Below, one piece after another: positions 41,797-51,859 of a DNA stretch of 64,000 bases. The notes under the pieces were generated by a model. The model was not told the origin of the DNA and searched no databases. It worked only from the letters and a program-made list of their open reading frames with translations. Position 1 is the stretch's first letter. The number at the start of each line of letters is the position of its first letter. The DNA comes from an uncultured archaeon. Lineage in GTDB: Archaea > Asgardarchaeota > Hermodarchaeia > Hermodarchaeales > Hermodarchaeaceae. The position numbers and the translations under genes were made by a program. The DNA is taken from assembly GCA_964347045.1 (NCBI GenBank), contig CAYFXC010000003.1, forward strand, positions 38,701 to 102,700, given 5' to 3'.

Positions 41797-42855
41797 TCAT
41801 TCGTAAAGCTGACCAAGGGACTGTACACATTCTACTACTAATTGAACCGTTGATTCCAAATCTGAAAACTGAATCATCGAGTTCGTCGTATGGAAATAAC
41901 GTGTCGGCACAAGCAAAGCCGTTGTTTTACTGCCGGCTTTTGCTATTTCAACGGCTGCGGCATCAGTGCCAAAATGAACGGGCGCACGTAATGCGACCTC
42001 CTGCAATGGTATTCGATGCTTCTCAGCGATTTTAGCAATCCATGTATTCATCGTCTGAGAGGTCACATGATATTGATCCGCTTTCAACAAGGTGGGTCCT
42101 TGACCCAGCTTAACAGGAATCAGACCCGGTTTAATGTCAGGATGATCCTCTGTTGGTGACACATCAAAGGCGATTCCAAAGTCTGGTTCAACCCTGAATG
42201 CCACAGATTTCGCTCCACGAGTTCCCAGTTCTTCTTGAACCGAAGCTACACCCACTACTTGCATTGCCAACTTCTCATTTTGGATTCGGCGAAAGGTTTC
42301 TATCATGGCCACCAGCCCTACCCGATTATCAAAACAGTTACCGAGAAATCGACCATTTGCGAGTTCAATAAAATGTTTCTCTGCTGTAACATACTGCCCA
42401 ATTTCAAATCCCATTGATTGCGCGTCATCAAAACTGTCTGCCCCACAATCAATGAACATTTGATCAAATTCCGGTCGATAACCCTGTTGTAATTCTTTCA
42501 TCGGAATAATGTGTGGGGCGACCAGGCCCACAACACCAGGTTTTTTCCCTTGATTTCCATGGACGATTACCCGTTGCCCAAGAATGTTCCATCGGTGACC
42601 GACAAGTCGAGTAAACCGAAGGTATCCGTTATTGTCAATGTGAGTCAAAAGGAGTGCCCAATCTTCATCTTGATGGGCAATCAGCATCAATGATTTTGCT
42701 TCCCTTCCATGTCGATTTACAATCACATTACCAAGGGCATCAACACGAAGTTCATCAACATAGGGTTCTAACTCTCGAGTGACAATCTGCCGAACTTCAT
42801 TTTCACGACCTGGAGGCGCATCAGCAAGAACTAACTCATGTAACAAATCACGCAT
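41797..42855 (-). CDS. M42 (TET-type) aminopeptidase
   Basis: D.LGN, AHQDE, FDNRVG, VQEELG.RGA, GTDA, TRYFH. Confidence 0.92.
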   Translation of the reverse strand: MRDLLHELVLADAPPGRENEVRQIVTRELEPYVDELRVDALGNVIVNRHGREAKSLMLIAHQDEDWALLLTHIDNNGYLRFTRLVGHRWNILGQRVIVHGNQGKKPGVVGLVAPHIIPMKELQQGYRPEFDQMFIDCGADSFDDAQSMGFEIGQYVTAEKHFIELANGRFLGNCFDNRVGLVAMIETFRRIQNEKLAMQVVGVASVQEELGTRGAKSVAFRVEPDFGIAFDVSPTEDHPDIKPGLIPVKLGQGPTLLKADQYHVTSQTMNTWIAKIAEKHRIPLQEVALRAPVHFGTDAAAVEIAKAGSKTTALLVPTRYFHTTNSMIQFSDLESTVQLVVECVQSLGQLYE

Positions 42856-42858
42856 TTC

Positions 42859-43557
42859 TTATCTATCCTTACGATTGAGAATTTCAATTAACCGCGGAGG
42901 AAAATCAGTAATGATCCCATCAACACCGAAATCAATGAACTGATGCATCTCCTCAGGTTCATTTATCACCCACGGATTAACCTTCAACCCCATTCGATGA
43001 GCTATACGAACAAACTGAGCATCAACCAAATGCAACTGAGGATTAATCGCAGAGCAACCCAATCCTTTTGCAACATCGACTGGGTTCTGCAAATCATACT
43101 CATACAAAAGGGCTGTAGCAATTTCATCGTTTAGGTTTCGGATCTTTTTCAATACCGGCTGAATAAAAGAAGAAATCATTATTCGATGAAGCAAATCATA
43201 TTCTTGGATGAGATGTAGAAGTTGTGATTCGATATCGACTATTTTCACATCCAGATTGATTCTTAACTCATCGTATGATCTTACCAACTCAAAGAATTCA
43301 ACCAAGGTAGGAATTCTTTCTGTGTCACTAACTTTCAAACCTTTTAGCTCATCCCAGGTGTGCTCTGCTACCTTACCGACTCCGTTGGAAAGACGTTCCA
43401 ATGAAAAATCATGAATGAGAGCGAGTACCCCATCACTTGAACTACGGACATCACATTCAATACAATCTACTCCCCAAGAAATGGCGGTTTGAAATCCTGT
43501 GAGGGTGTTTTCAAACGGGCCCGTTCCGACTCCTCGATGGGTAATCACCTGAACCAT
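42859..43557 (-). CDS. Glycerophosphodiester phosphodiesterase
   Basis: HRG, ENTL, ECDV, HD, GVDGIITDFP. Confidence 0.93.
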   Translation of the reverse strand: MVQVITHRGVGTGPFENTLTGFQTAISWGVDCIECDVRSSSDGVLALIHDFSLERLSNGVGKVAEHTWDELKGLKVSDTERIPTLVEFFELVRSYDELRINLDVKIVDIESQLLHLIQEYDLLHRIMISSFIQPVLKKIRNLNDEIATALLYEYDLQNPVDVAKGLGCSAINPQLHLVDAQFVRIAHRMGLKVNPWVINEPEEMHQFIDFGVDGIITDFPPRLIEILNRKDR

Positions 43558-43771
43558 AGGATTACCTCGCGAATAATACGCGCGTTTATTATTTCAAATG
43601 ACTATCAGTTTTAACGCTTATGTGATATTGCTGATATGCAAGATTAAAGGTGCTCCCATTTCAAAGGCCGTCAAATTCAATATAGATTTTTTAGAATATC
43701 GCTGAATGAATATTATTTCGACTGAAAAGTCAAAACTAACGTAATTTCGAATGAAATGGTTGAAAAAACAA

Positions 43772-44167
43772 CTACTCTTCAGTTTTTTCCGCCTGCTCTG
43801 GCTCCTCTGATACTACGAATAAATGCTCATCATTCAAGGTGAAAGCGGCTAATTCAAACTTACCTGTCATGGTTATTGCTTTCTTTGGGCAAACCGCCTC
43901 ACAGGTTCCACACCAAATACAGCGGTCGAAGCGAAATTGGGGCTTCTTTTTGGTTTTAGTCTTCGTGGCTTCAACCATTTCGATGGCTGTTGCAGGGCAG
44001 TCGCGGCTGCAGAGTCCGCAGCCGGTGCATTTTTCGATATCGTGTTCGATTTTACCGCGGAGGCGTTCGGGGCGAACGGCTTCTTGAAAAGGATAGCGAA
44101 TCGTGGCAGTTTTTCGTCTGAGGACGGTGCCAAGAATTTCGCCTTCCATTGCTCCAGGTCGTGGCAT
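43772..44167 (-). CDS. NuoI/HycF-like 2x[4Fe-4S] subunit of a group 4 hydrogenase
   Basis: TIRYP, CTGCGLCSRDCP, CIWCGTCEAVCP. Confidence 0.92.
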   Translation of the reverse strand: MPRPGAMEGEILGTVLRRKTATIRYPFQEAVRPERLRGKIEHDIEKCTGCGLCSRDCPATAIEMVEATKTKTKKKPQFRFDRCIWCGTCEAVCPKKAITMTGKFELAAFTLNDEHLFVVSEEPEQAEKTEE

Positions 44168-44179
44168 TTTTTTACACTC

Positions 44180-45334
44180 CTAAGGTAAGATGGCGACAAT
44201 CCAGTCCATGATGAATGGCCAGGCTAAAAGGATGCCGACCATGAGGAGGCTGAAGGGAATAACCCATTTCCAGCTATCACGGGCGATTTGGTCAATTCGC
44301 CATCGAGAGAAGAGGGCTTTCATATTGGATAGGATCAAGACAATGGCGGTGGTTTTGACGATGAACCAGAAAGCGTAGTAAATGGCTGCAATTGCAGGAT
44401 TGAGTAATAAGGGCATATTGGTGATAATCCAAGCCATATAATGTCCAGAGTTGATGGTGATCCCATGCACGAAACCACCATTGGCAATGAAGATGAAGAA
44501 GATTTCTGGTCCAAGAGGGCCTCCCAGGAAAACGGCTGTACCCAATGCGGAGGCGAGGAGAACTTCAAAGTTATTGGAGAGTCGGAAGAAGGCAAGTTTC
44601 TTCCCGGAGAATTCGGTTTCCCAACCGCCAACAATTTCAGTTTCAGCAATGGGTGCATCAAAGGGTATGCGTTCGGCTTCTGCTTGTGCAGCGATCAGGA
44701 AGACAATGAAGAGTCCAATGAATGCTGGGTTAAAGATTAGGGGTAACCCAAGGTTTGCTTGGTATACGACGACGCCTGTAAGGCTCAAACTCCCTGCTAC
44801 CATTCCCGCCGCAAACAGTGCGAGGAGTAACGGAATTTCATATGCGAGCATCTGGACGATGCCACGTACTGCTCCAGTAAAGCCAAACCGGTTTGACGAT
44901 GACCAGCCGGCGATAAACAGCATTATGGTGAACATAGTGCTGAAGAAGCCGATCATAAGTAAATCGCCTTCAAAATACATGATGCCCGTTACTGTAAAGA
45001 ATGGCGTCTGAGAAATCGCTATCGGAACTAGCATAAGCACGGAGATGGGAATTGCCAAAGCTAGAATGGGGGTCAGCGTAAAGCCGATTTTATCTGCGGC
45101 TACTGGGGTTACATCCTCTTTAGCCATCAACTTGACAAAATCTGCGAAGGGTTGAAGGATGCCTCGCCAGCCTGTATGTAATGGACCGATGCGGTGGTGT
45201 TGGTCGGCATAGAATTTGCGGTCAATCCATTCAATATAGAAGGCATATCCTGTTAGGAACAGGAACCCAGGAAAGATTATAATCATCAGTAGTGTGACGA
45301 TTGCATTCAATGGTGGGGGTAATAGCACCTGCAC
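44180..45334 (-). CDS. NuoH/HycD-like membrane subunit
   Basis: RIGP, QPFADFVKL..KE, YEIP, ERIPFD.P.AETEIVGG, RIDQ. Confidence 0.92.
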   Translation of the reverse strand: MQVLLPPPLNAIVTLLMIIIFPGFLFLTGYAFYIEWIDRKFYADQHHRIGPLHTGWRGILQPFADFVKLMAKEDVTPVAADKIGFTLTPILALAIPISVLMLVPIAISQTPFFTVTGIMYFEGDLLMIGFFSTMFTIMLFIAGWSSSNRFGFTGAVRGIVQMLAYEIPLLLALFAAGMVAGSLSLTGVVVYQANLGLPLIFNPAFIGLFIVFLIAAQAEAERIPFDAPIAETEIVGGWETEFSGKKLAFFRLSNNFEVLLASALGTAVFLGGPLGPEIFFIFIANGGFVHGITINSGHYMAWIITNMPLLLNPAIAAIYYAFWFIVKTTAIVLILSNMKALFSRWRIDQIARDSWKWVIPFSLLMVGILLAWPFIMDWIVAILP

Positions 45335-45552
45335 ATTGCGCACTCTCCAGTGGGTCATCAATATGATTCGCTTCTGCTAAAAAAGCCTTTTACTACCACA
45401 AGATTTTGCAGACACACAAGTTATACGATACTTATAACCAAGAAAATTATAGAATAGTTCAAGCTGTGGTGAAACAATTGCTCGACTTTCTCCAAGCTGG
45501 GCAATGAATGGGTATCCTCTTTGAAAAGCGATAATGGGACGTCGAATAAGAA

Positions 45553-46086
45553 ATGAGTGGTGTTCAAAATTCTCGACTTGAAACGCTTCTCCTCATGGGC
45601 AGTAAAGCCTTCAAAGCTCAGACTTTACCTGTTGAAATTATCACTCGTCTCAACGCGGCCCTGGATCGAAATATGAGAATCATTGTTGGTGAAGCGCCTG
45701 GTGCAAATCATGTCTTCCAAGACTATTTGGCATCACAAAACTACCGCAACGTACTCGTTGGTCATGCACGAAGCATTCGCTACAATGCAGGAAACTGGGA
45801 GACTAAACAATATGGCGACAATGTTCGTGAACGGGAAAAAGGAATGATTTCCGAATGCGATGAAGCCATCATCATCTGGGTCAACAACAGCAGCGTCATC
45901 GCCACCAACCTCGAACGCCTTAAAGAACTCGGCATACCCACCTTTCTCTACGAATATTCTCAATCAACACAAAAAGCCCAAGCAGGTATGCTCGATCCCT
46001 CTCGTACCTATGACCCTAACTACCGCCGGTACAAATACTTCAAACGAAAAAATGCAAGCAACTACGATATGCCCCTAAACGGTTAA
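45553..46086 (+). CDS. SLOG superfamily-like nucleotide-binding protein
   Basis: GS.., IIVGEAPGA....QDYL, RE..M...CD.AIIIW...S..T pattern. Confidence 0.6.
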   Translation: MSGVQNSRLETLLLMGSKAFKAQTLPVEIITRLNAALDRNMRIIVGEAPGANHVFQDYLASQNYRNVLVGHARSIRYNAGNWETKQYGDNVREREKGMISECDEAIIIWVNNSSVIATNLERLKELGIPTFLYEYSQSTQKAQAGMLDPSRTYDPNYRRYKYFKRKNASNYDMPLNG

Positions 46087-46253
46087 TACTGATTTAACTT
46101 TCGAGTATTTTCATGGCTTCGTTTGGTCAAAAACGTCTTTTCATGGTAATGTGAAAGTGTGTTGTTCCATCCCAACCAAAAGTTACTCTTTTTACCGTAA
46201 ATACAGTAAAATTTATATTTAATGGAGTAATTTCGCAAAATGGTGAAAGCCAA

Positions 46254-46952
46254 GTGAAACGTTGGCCTCGAGTAAAAACTGTTGCTATCGCCGCCTTGAT
46301 ATCATTGGCAATTTTTTCTATAACGATTCTCAATTACCCTGAACCGTTGGTCCGTCGATTATCTTGGCTGACTCATCCAGGTGCCTATGCTATCTATACA
46401 CGAGGACGGACCTACGAATTGACCAATGGGTCAATCCGTATGGACGTCATTGACGGCACACCAATTACCACATCTATCCAAGTTTCAACATGGAACGGTT
46501 CACATTGGTGCACTCCAACCATTTTCCATGATCTCCCCATCCATCATTCTACCTCTTTTTGGGTAGCCAATGATCTTCTTGTCGGTGGTAGGCTCAACAA
46601 CCTTATCATTAATCACACTTCGGAAATCCTTGAAATATGGCACGATTATGATGAAGCTGACGAAGGCAACTCCGGACAATACGTTGTAAGTGTCAAATCC
46701 GTCACCCCAGGCCTCAGCCTCTTCGTTGGACGCTTTGCCGTCGAATGCGGATTAGTTACCGGCTGGTACTACCCCGAATTCTACCGCCTATACGAAACCA
46801 ACCTATTCCTCGGCATCTACACCCTCTTTATAGGCTACCCCATCTTCGGAATACTCGTCTTAGCCCCTGTCATCCTCATGATTACCTCAATCCTTCTCAT
46901 CTACGAAGGCTTACGCTACCTCCAACACTTACCACGCAAATCCTTGAAATAA
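46254..46952 (+). CDS. Hypothetical membrane protein
   Basis: N-terminal and C-terminal hydrophobic helices around a soluble domain. Confidence 0.65.
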   Translation: MKRWPRVKTVAIAALISLAIFSITILNYPEPLVRRLSWLTHPGAYAIYTRGRTYELTNGSIRMDVIDGTPITTSIQVSTWNGSHWCTPTIFHDLPIHHSTSFWVANDLLVGGRLNNLIINHTSEILEIWHDYDEADEGNSGQYVVSVKSVTPGLSLFVGRFAVECGLVTGWYYPEFYRLYETNLFLGIYTLFIGYPIFGILVLAPVILMITSILLIYEGLRYLQHLPRKSLK

Positions 46953-47059
46953 AACTGAATTAAATGAACCATCGATGCTAACTCATCAAAAGAAAATCTA
47001 ATTTTGTAATCACTTGAAAGCGTAGAATCCAAAAACCCTGGAAACCTATAACTTACAGA

Positions 47060-48103
47060 ATGAAATGTCCACTCAAGGATCAAGGACTTGAACGCGGAGC
47101 CTGTCAAACCAGAACCTGTGATGGTCAGTCACAGCCTGCCTGTCAGGTAACCCTTCGAAAAAACAAAAACGGAATGTTCGAACGACTTATACGATCTATG
47201 CATCTCAGTCGACCGGAAGACTACTTTTCCGTATACCAGAGTGGATGCAATCACACGTGTTTGAAATGTCATTCGGCGGAGTTCAGTAAAACAGCAAATG
47301 GCGAATGGATTTCCACACATGAATTAGCCCTCATTTCAAAAGACTATCGTCAAGAAGTAACTGTTTGGGAACCTCGAGAACGGGCAACCATGTGGCACGC
47401 AGGAACCCTTTGTAAGCATTGTGGATCCTGTCGACTCACCGGTCTTCACTCACCCCAATGCCCACAGACACTAGACCCAACGCAAATTACCCGATCTGTC
47501 CAAGGCTATGGTCCTGCACGCAATATCATCGCCTTTACTGGGGGCGACTTAGGTTGTCACCCTGAGTATTACGCTGAAGCAGCCCACGCCATCAAAACCG
47601 CTGCAGGAAACAATATGTGGGTGCTCTTCGAAACTAATGGGTATGCCTTAACACAACCGAATCTACAAATTCTCAAGGACGGTGGTGTCGATGCCTTCTG
47701 GCTCGACATCAAAGCCCACAATCCCAAGATATACAAAAAACTCTGCGGCACCTCCAATAAAACAGTCTTAGACTCCATATCGTTGAGCCATGATGCAGGG
47801 TTTGTGCTTGAAATCCTCACCCTCTACATCCCCGGATGGGTGGAAACCGACCAACACACCGCCATTGCCCAACTCATCGCTGAAACTGACCCCACCATTC
47901 CTACAACACTCCTCGCCTTCTTTCCAACCTACCACCTTTCCCACGAAAAACCTCCTTCTCTTCAAGAAATAGTCCAAAGTGCCCAAGCCATGCAACAACA
48001 AGGCCTAACCAACCTACGTCTAGGCAACATCGGCGTTTTTGTCAAAACCCAGTACGACTACGAATTTCTCACCACAAACTTGACAGACATATCCATCGGG
48101 TGA
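47060..48103 (+). CDS. Radical SAM protein (PFL-activating-enzyme-like)
   Basis: GCNHTCLKCH, FTGGD, ETNG, WLDIKA; extra Cys clusters. Confidence 0.88.
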   Translation: MKCPLKDQGLERGACQTRTCDGQSQPACQVTLRKNKNGMFERLIRSMHLSRPEDYFSVYQSGCNHTCLKCHSAEFSKTANGEWISTHELALISKDYRQEVTVWEPRERATMWHAGTLCKHCGSCRLTGLHSPQCPQTLDPTQITRSVQGYGPARNIIAFTGGDLGCHPEYYAEAAHAIKTAAGNNMWVLFETNGYALTQPNLQILKDGGVDAFWLDIKAHNPKIYKKLCGTSNKTVLDSISLSHDAGFVLEILTLYIPGWVETDQHTAIAQLIAETDPTIPTTLLAFFPTYHLSHEKPPSLQEIVQSAQAMQQQGLTNLRLGNIGVFVKTQYDYEFLTTNLTDISIG

Positions 48104-48169
48104 AACAAAAAATCTAATCATAGCTATCGGCATACTCGATGTTCACGACCCGATAAGGCCACCAAGCTA

Positions 48170-48279
48170 CTACCGACCCCAAGCTTTTCCTCTTTCAACT
48201 CTTCACGATTCTGCTCCTGAATCCACGTCCATGGCTTCTTCTCCTCCAATCCATAAAAATACCCAAAGATAATTCCGTT
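48170..48279 (-). pseudogene. Decayed duplicate of the hydrogenase large-subunit 3' tail
   Basis: Translates NGIIFGYFYGLEEKKPWTWIQEQNREE-(1-nt deletion)-ERGKAWGR-stop versus DRIILSYPDGKQEEKPWAWFQEKSREERNRIKAWRR-stop at 53857-53967; 19/36 identical by hand. Confidence 0.85.
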
Positions 48280-48397
48280 CAAACTGAACACGTAGCCTAA
48301 TTAGCCATCACCATAAACACCCCCATTTTTCTGCCATAACATTTAACAACTGATGCTAATCTGAAACATCATCATCACAGATTATTAGGGTAAGTCC

Positions 48398-49669
48398 ATG
48401 GTTCACCAAATCTTCAGACGGAATCTCGATAAATGCTGGAATTGTGGGTTTTGTACTGAAACGGTAGATTGTCCGAGTCCCCAAGTATGTATTGGATGCC
48501 AAGCATGCTACTTGGCATGCTATAGAGAAGCTATCGAACCAATTGAACAAACATTGGACAATGAAATTACAATTATGCTGGATGAAAAGCCTGTTACTGT
48601 ACCAAGCCAAGTCACTATTAAAACGGCTCTTGAAACGCTGGGCATCCGATTTTCCCGGTTTCCTGATTCACACGACCTATTTACCCCTTGCCAGACTGGT
48701 GGGTGTTATTCCTGTTTAGTTTCCGTTGATGGTGAAATTCTTCCCTGCTGTCACACACCAGTAAAATCGGGTCAACACATTCGAACAAAGATAGCCGACG
48801 ATTTCGTACCCCGCAGAATTGTTGGATGGTATAGCCCTCACCCAGTTGGCGGGGTTGGAACTCCGTGGAGTGCGAAAAATCTTGGCAGAACCCGGCACTC
48901 ATACATTGAAGTAGCTTGTTTCAGCGCAGGGTGCAACCTTAGATGTAAAACTTGTCAGAACTTTGATACAACCTATAATAGTCGTGCACCAGCCGTCACG
49001 CCCAATGAAGCTGCCGAAATCCTAACGAAACTTCGTCAGAAATCCCATGTCAACCGTCTTGCTATTTCGGGTGGTGAACCGACCCTCAACCGAAAGTGGC
49101 TGATCGAGTTTTTCAAGGAACTCAATCATCTCAACCCAGACCCGAAAGCCCGGTTGCATTTGGACACTAATGCCTCAATTCTGACTCCCGATTACATTGA
49201 TGAACTAATATTGGCAGGTATAACTGACATTGGACCTGATCTGAAAGCCGTTCAGGTTGCTACTTACCAAACAATCACAAATATTTCCGACCCTAATCTA
49301 GCCCAAAAATATCTGGATACATCTTGGGCCGCTGTCAAACATCTGGCCAATCATTATTATCCAAATCAAATCTTCATGGGTGTTGGATTACCTTACAACG
49401 CGGCATTCTTTCCCTCTCAACAACAGAAAGAAACCGAACTTCACCAATGGGGAACCCGACTACATGCCATTGATGATCGAATCCAAGTTTGCATTCTCGA
49501 TTACCGTCCAACCTTCCGACGCCGAGATATCCACCGTCCAACAATTGAAGAAATACGAGCTGTCAAGAAGTTACTCGAAGGAGTAGGACTCCAAACAGTC
49601 ATCGCCCAAACACAACTCGGTCACCTACCTCCCAAACAACCAGCGCCTGATCGTACACTGCCTCGATAG
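48398..49669 (+). CDS. Radical SAM protein with N-terminal 4Fe-4S and 2Fe-2S-like domains
   Basis: CWNCGFC, CIGCQACYLAC, CQTGGCYSC, GCNLRCKTC, SGGEP, DTN. Confidence 0.88.
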   Translation: MVHQIFRRNLDKCWNCGFCTETVDCPSPQVCIGCQACYLACYREAIEPIEQTLDNEITIMLDEKPVTVPSQVTIKTALETLGIRFSRFPDSHDLFTPCQTGGCYSCLVSVDGEILPCCHTPVKSGQHIRTKIADDFVPRRIVGWYSPHPVGGVGTPWSAKNLGRTRHSYIEVACFSAGCNLRCKTCQNFDTTYNSRAPAVTPNEAAEILTKLRQKSHVNRLAISGGEPTLNRKWLIEFFKELNHLNPDPKARLHLDTNASILTPDYIDELILAGITDIGPDLKAVQVATYQTITNISDPNLAQKYLDTSWAAVKHLANHYYPNQIFMGVGLPYNAAFFPSQQQKETELHQWGTRLHAIDDRIQVCILDYRPTFRRRDIHRPTIEEIRAVKKLLEGVGLQTVIAQTQLGHLPPKQPAPDRTLPR

Positions 49670-49782
49670 GGGCGTTCGAACTCACTGATGCATTCTAGCG
49701 AGATGAATGAAATCAGAGGCGCAGATAGACCTCTACCTTTCCAACCATTTAATTAGCTTTTTAGATAAAAGCGAAAAAAGAA

Positions 49783-50184
49783 CTACTCCTCTTTATCAAA
49801 ATTGAGGGAGACCGAATTAATACAATAGCGTAACCCCGTCTTTTCTCTCGGGCCATCATCAAACACATGTCCAAGATGCCCCCCACAATTCTTACATAGG
49901 ACTTCTATTCGTCGCATACCATGCGAAAGATCGAGTTTCTCTTCAATTTTGTCTTTATCCAAGGCCTCATAGAAGCTCGGCCAACCACAACGCGAATCAA
50001 ATTTGGCTTCCGATGAAAAGAGTTCCACACCACACCCCGCACACTTGTAAGTACCCTTCTCTTTATAGTTCCAATACACACCACTAAAAGGTCGTTCTGT
50101 GCCCTTCTCGCGCAATACCCGATACTCTTCTTTTGATAATTTCCTCTTCCACTCTTCTTCGGATAACTCTCTTGCCTTCTTCAT
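49783..50184 (-). CDS. msrB: Peptide methionine-R-sulfoxide reductase
   Basis: GTERPF, CxxC twice, GWPSF, HLGHVFDDGP, RYCINS. Confidence 0.96.
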   Translation of the reverse strand: MKKARELSEEEWKRKLSKEEYRVLREKGTERPFSGVYWNYKEKGTYKCAGCGVELFSSEAKFDSRCGWPSFYEALDKDKIEEKLDLSHGMRRIEVLCKNCGGHLGHVFDDGPREKTGLRYCINSVSLNFDKEE

Positions 50185-50201
50185 TTCAATCTATTATCTA
50201 G

Positions 50202-50591
50202 CAGCGACAAATCACTAATTGCCTTTCGCAATTACTAGCACCAACTGACTCGGAATCCTTCCTCAGCTGGTATGATTCAAGGAGATCCGAACTTGATGAG
50301 TGGTTCTTCGAAAGCCTAGAAAGAATGAAACTAGAAGTAAGCGAATCTGGCTACGGCAATGTGAAACTATCACGACCCTTCGATATTGAATATATACGGC
50401 GATTCTTCCAAGACATGGACGTCTATACAGAAGCCAACCTGGCCAGCATCATCGTGAAAAAGAATAGCAATATCTTCATCTATGCAGAACCAAACGACAG
50501 CCAAAGAATCGCCTTCGGCCCAGTCATGGACTATGAGCTCCTCGTCTTAGTCTTCAAATACATACGACAGGTCATGACCCGCAACGCATAA
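50202..50591 (+). pseudogene. Probable 5'-truncated gene fragment
   Basis: Frame is open and protein-like for ~40 codons upstream of ATG 50325 (ESFLSWYDSRRSELDEWFFESLER) with no start codon, ending beside the msrB start. Confidence 0.5.
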
Positions 50592-50649
50592 AGCCCAAGA
50601 AGATCTAATCCTTCTCTAAGTTCACTTTCAGACATTGGTCAAAGTTCCT

Positions 50650-51606
50650 CTAGGAGAGTTTGGTTTGACGTAGTTTTGTTGAAGGTGTTTCACTCAGTTC
50701 CTCTTCATTCATGAGATTGCTGATAGAAAGGTTGATGTCATCTACCGCGGTGCGATTGAAGGTGACTAGGCCGGCTTCCCAGGATTGTCCTCCGGTTGAT
50801 GTTGGGATGAAATTCATTGATGTGATGAGTGCGATACGTCGATCGATAAGGATAATTTTTGCATGAACCCTGTCATTCTTAATCAAATTTACTCCTGCCT
50901 TCTGGAGCCGGTTATGGCATTTCATTTTTGCAGTCTTATAAACCTCGACTCGGTCAAGTTCTGGTGGACGAGTGATAAGAGTCACGTTTTTACCCTTCTG
51001 GGCTGAAAAACGGATTGTATCACTGAGATCACAATCTTGGACAAAAGGATTTACAACAATAACTTCTGTTTTCGCTAAGTCAATGAGATTTTTAGATAGC
51101 TGATCCAGCTTCGACCCTGTCAGGTAAAAATGCTCTGCGTTCATATCGAATTGAAGTTTTAAAAGATGAATCCACTTCTTGATCCAAGCAATGAGCTCGT
51201 CTTGTTGTTCCTCCTTGAAAATGCCTTGAACAGGTTTCTCAATTTCTTCTTGCGGTTCTTCTTCTAATGGTTGAGTATGTATCTTCAAGAATTGTTGATA
51301 TTCCCTATTAAGCTCAGCGCGAAGTGTGTAGGTCTCATTGGGTTGCTTTGTAATCTCTTTGGCATCAGACAGCTCTTGCAGGACATCATTAAGGGTTTGA
51401 CGTGAGAGGCCTGTAATATCGCGAATTGTTCCCCAGGGAAGCGGACCATATTCCGCAAGAACTCTAATCACCCATCCCTTCCACGTGCCCCAATAGGTTG
51501 GTTTTTCTCCCTCGTGGCTTTTTCCCAGTATGTTTCGCCAGTCCGCAATGATTTTTTCTTTAATCTTCTTCGCGCCTTCAACAATTTGCTTACGTGGACC
51601 CACCAT
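50650..51606 (-). CDS. Winged-helix plus single PLD/HKD nuclease-like domain protein
   Basis: HTH WGTIRDITGLSRQTLNDVLQEL; VHAKIILID....ITSMN...EAG. Confidence 0.8.
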   Translation of the reverse strand: MVGPRKQIVEGAKKIKEKIIADWRNILGKSHEGEKPTYWGTWKGWVIRVLAEYGPLPWGTIRDITGLSRQTLNDVLQELSDAKEITKQPNETYTLRAELNREYQQFLKIHTQPLEEEPQEEIEKPVQGIFKEEQQDELIAWIKKWIHLLKLQFDMNAEHFYLTGSKLDQLSKNLIDLAKTEVIVVNPFVQDCDLSDTIRFSAQKGKNVTLITRPPELDRVEVYKTAKMKCHNRLQKAGVNLIKNDRVHAKIILIDRRIALITSMNFIPTSTGGQSWEAGLVTFNRTAVDDINLSISNLMNEEELSETPSTKLRQTKLS

Positions 51607-51822
51607 ATTCCACACACCTCACATCTAGTACTTTTCTCAACGAAAATACTATAAGAAACTGCTTACAGCCACTTCACACTCTACTGGTAGTTGAAAAATC
51701 ATTAGCTCCTCTCCTTTTTTCGATAAAAGTGTGTTAATGCTCCTCTAATTCTGGAAAACCAGCCGTAACGCATATAAAATAGTCAAAATACGCGCACCAC
51801 TCGCACTCCTCTCATCCGAATT

Positions 51823-51841
51823 TGGCGTCTTAAATACGCCA
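51823..51841 (+). promoter_or_regulatory. Inverted repeat enclosing the TATA box of the HTH-LAGLIDADG gene
   Basis: TGGCGTCTT-A-AATACGCCA, 8/9 matching arms, 18 nt before ATG 51860. Confidence 0.55.
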
Positions 51842-51859
51842 CTAAGAGGTCACCAGTGG

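Noticed and set aside
46105-46165. Possible third hydrogenase-tail remnant (catggcttc...tgaaagt)
   Set aside because: Only two short word matches, with wrong spacing and no translated similarity
49783-50184. Selenocysteine in MsrB or the hydrogenase; pyrrolysine system
   Set aside because: All catalytic positions are Cys codons; no in-frame TGA and no pyl genes in the window
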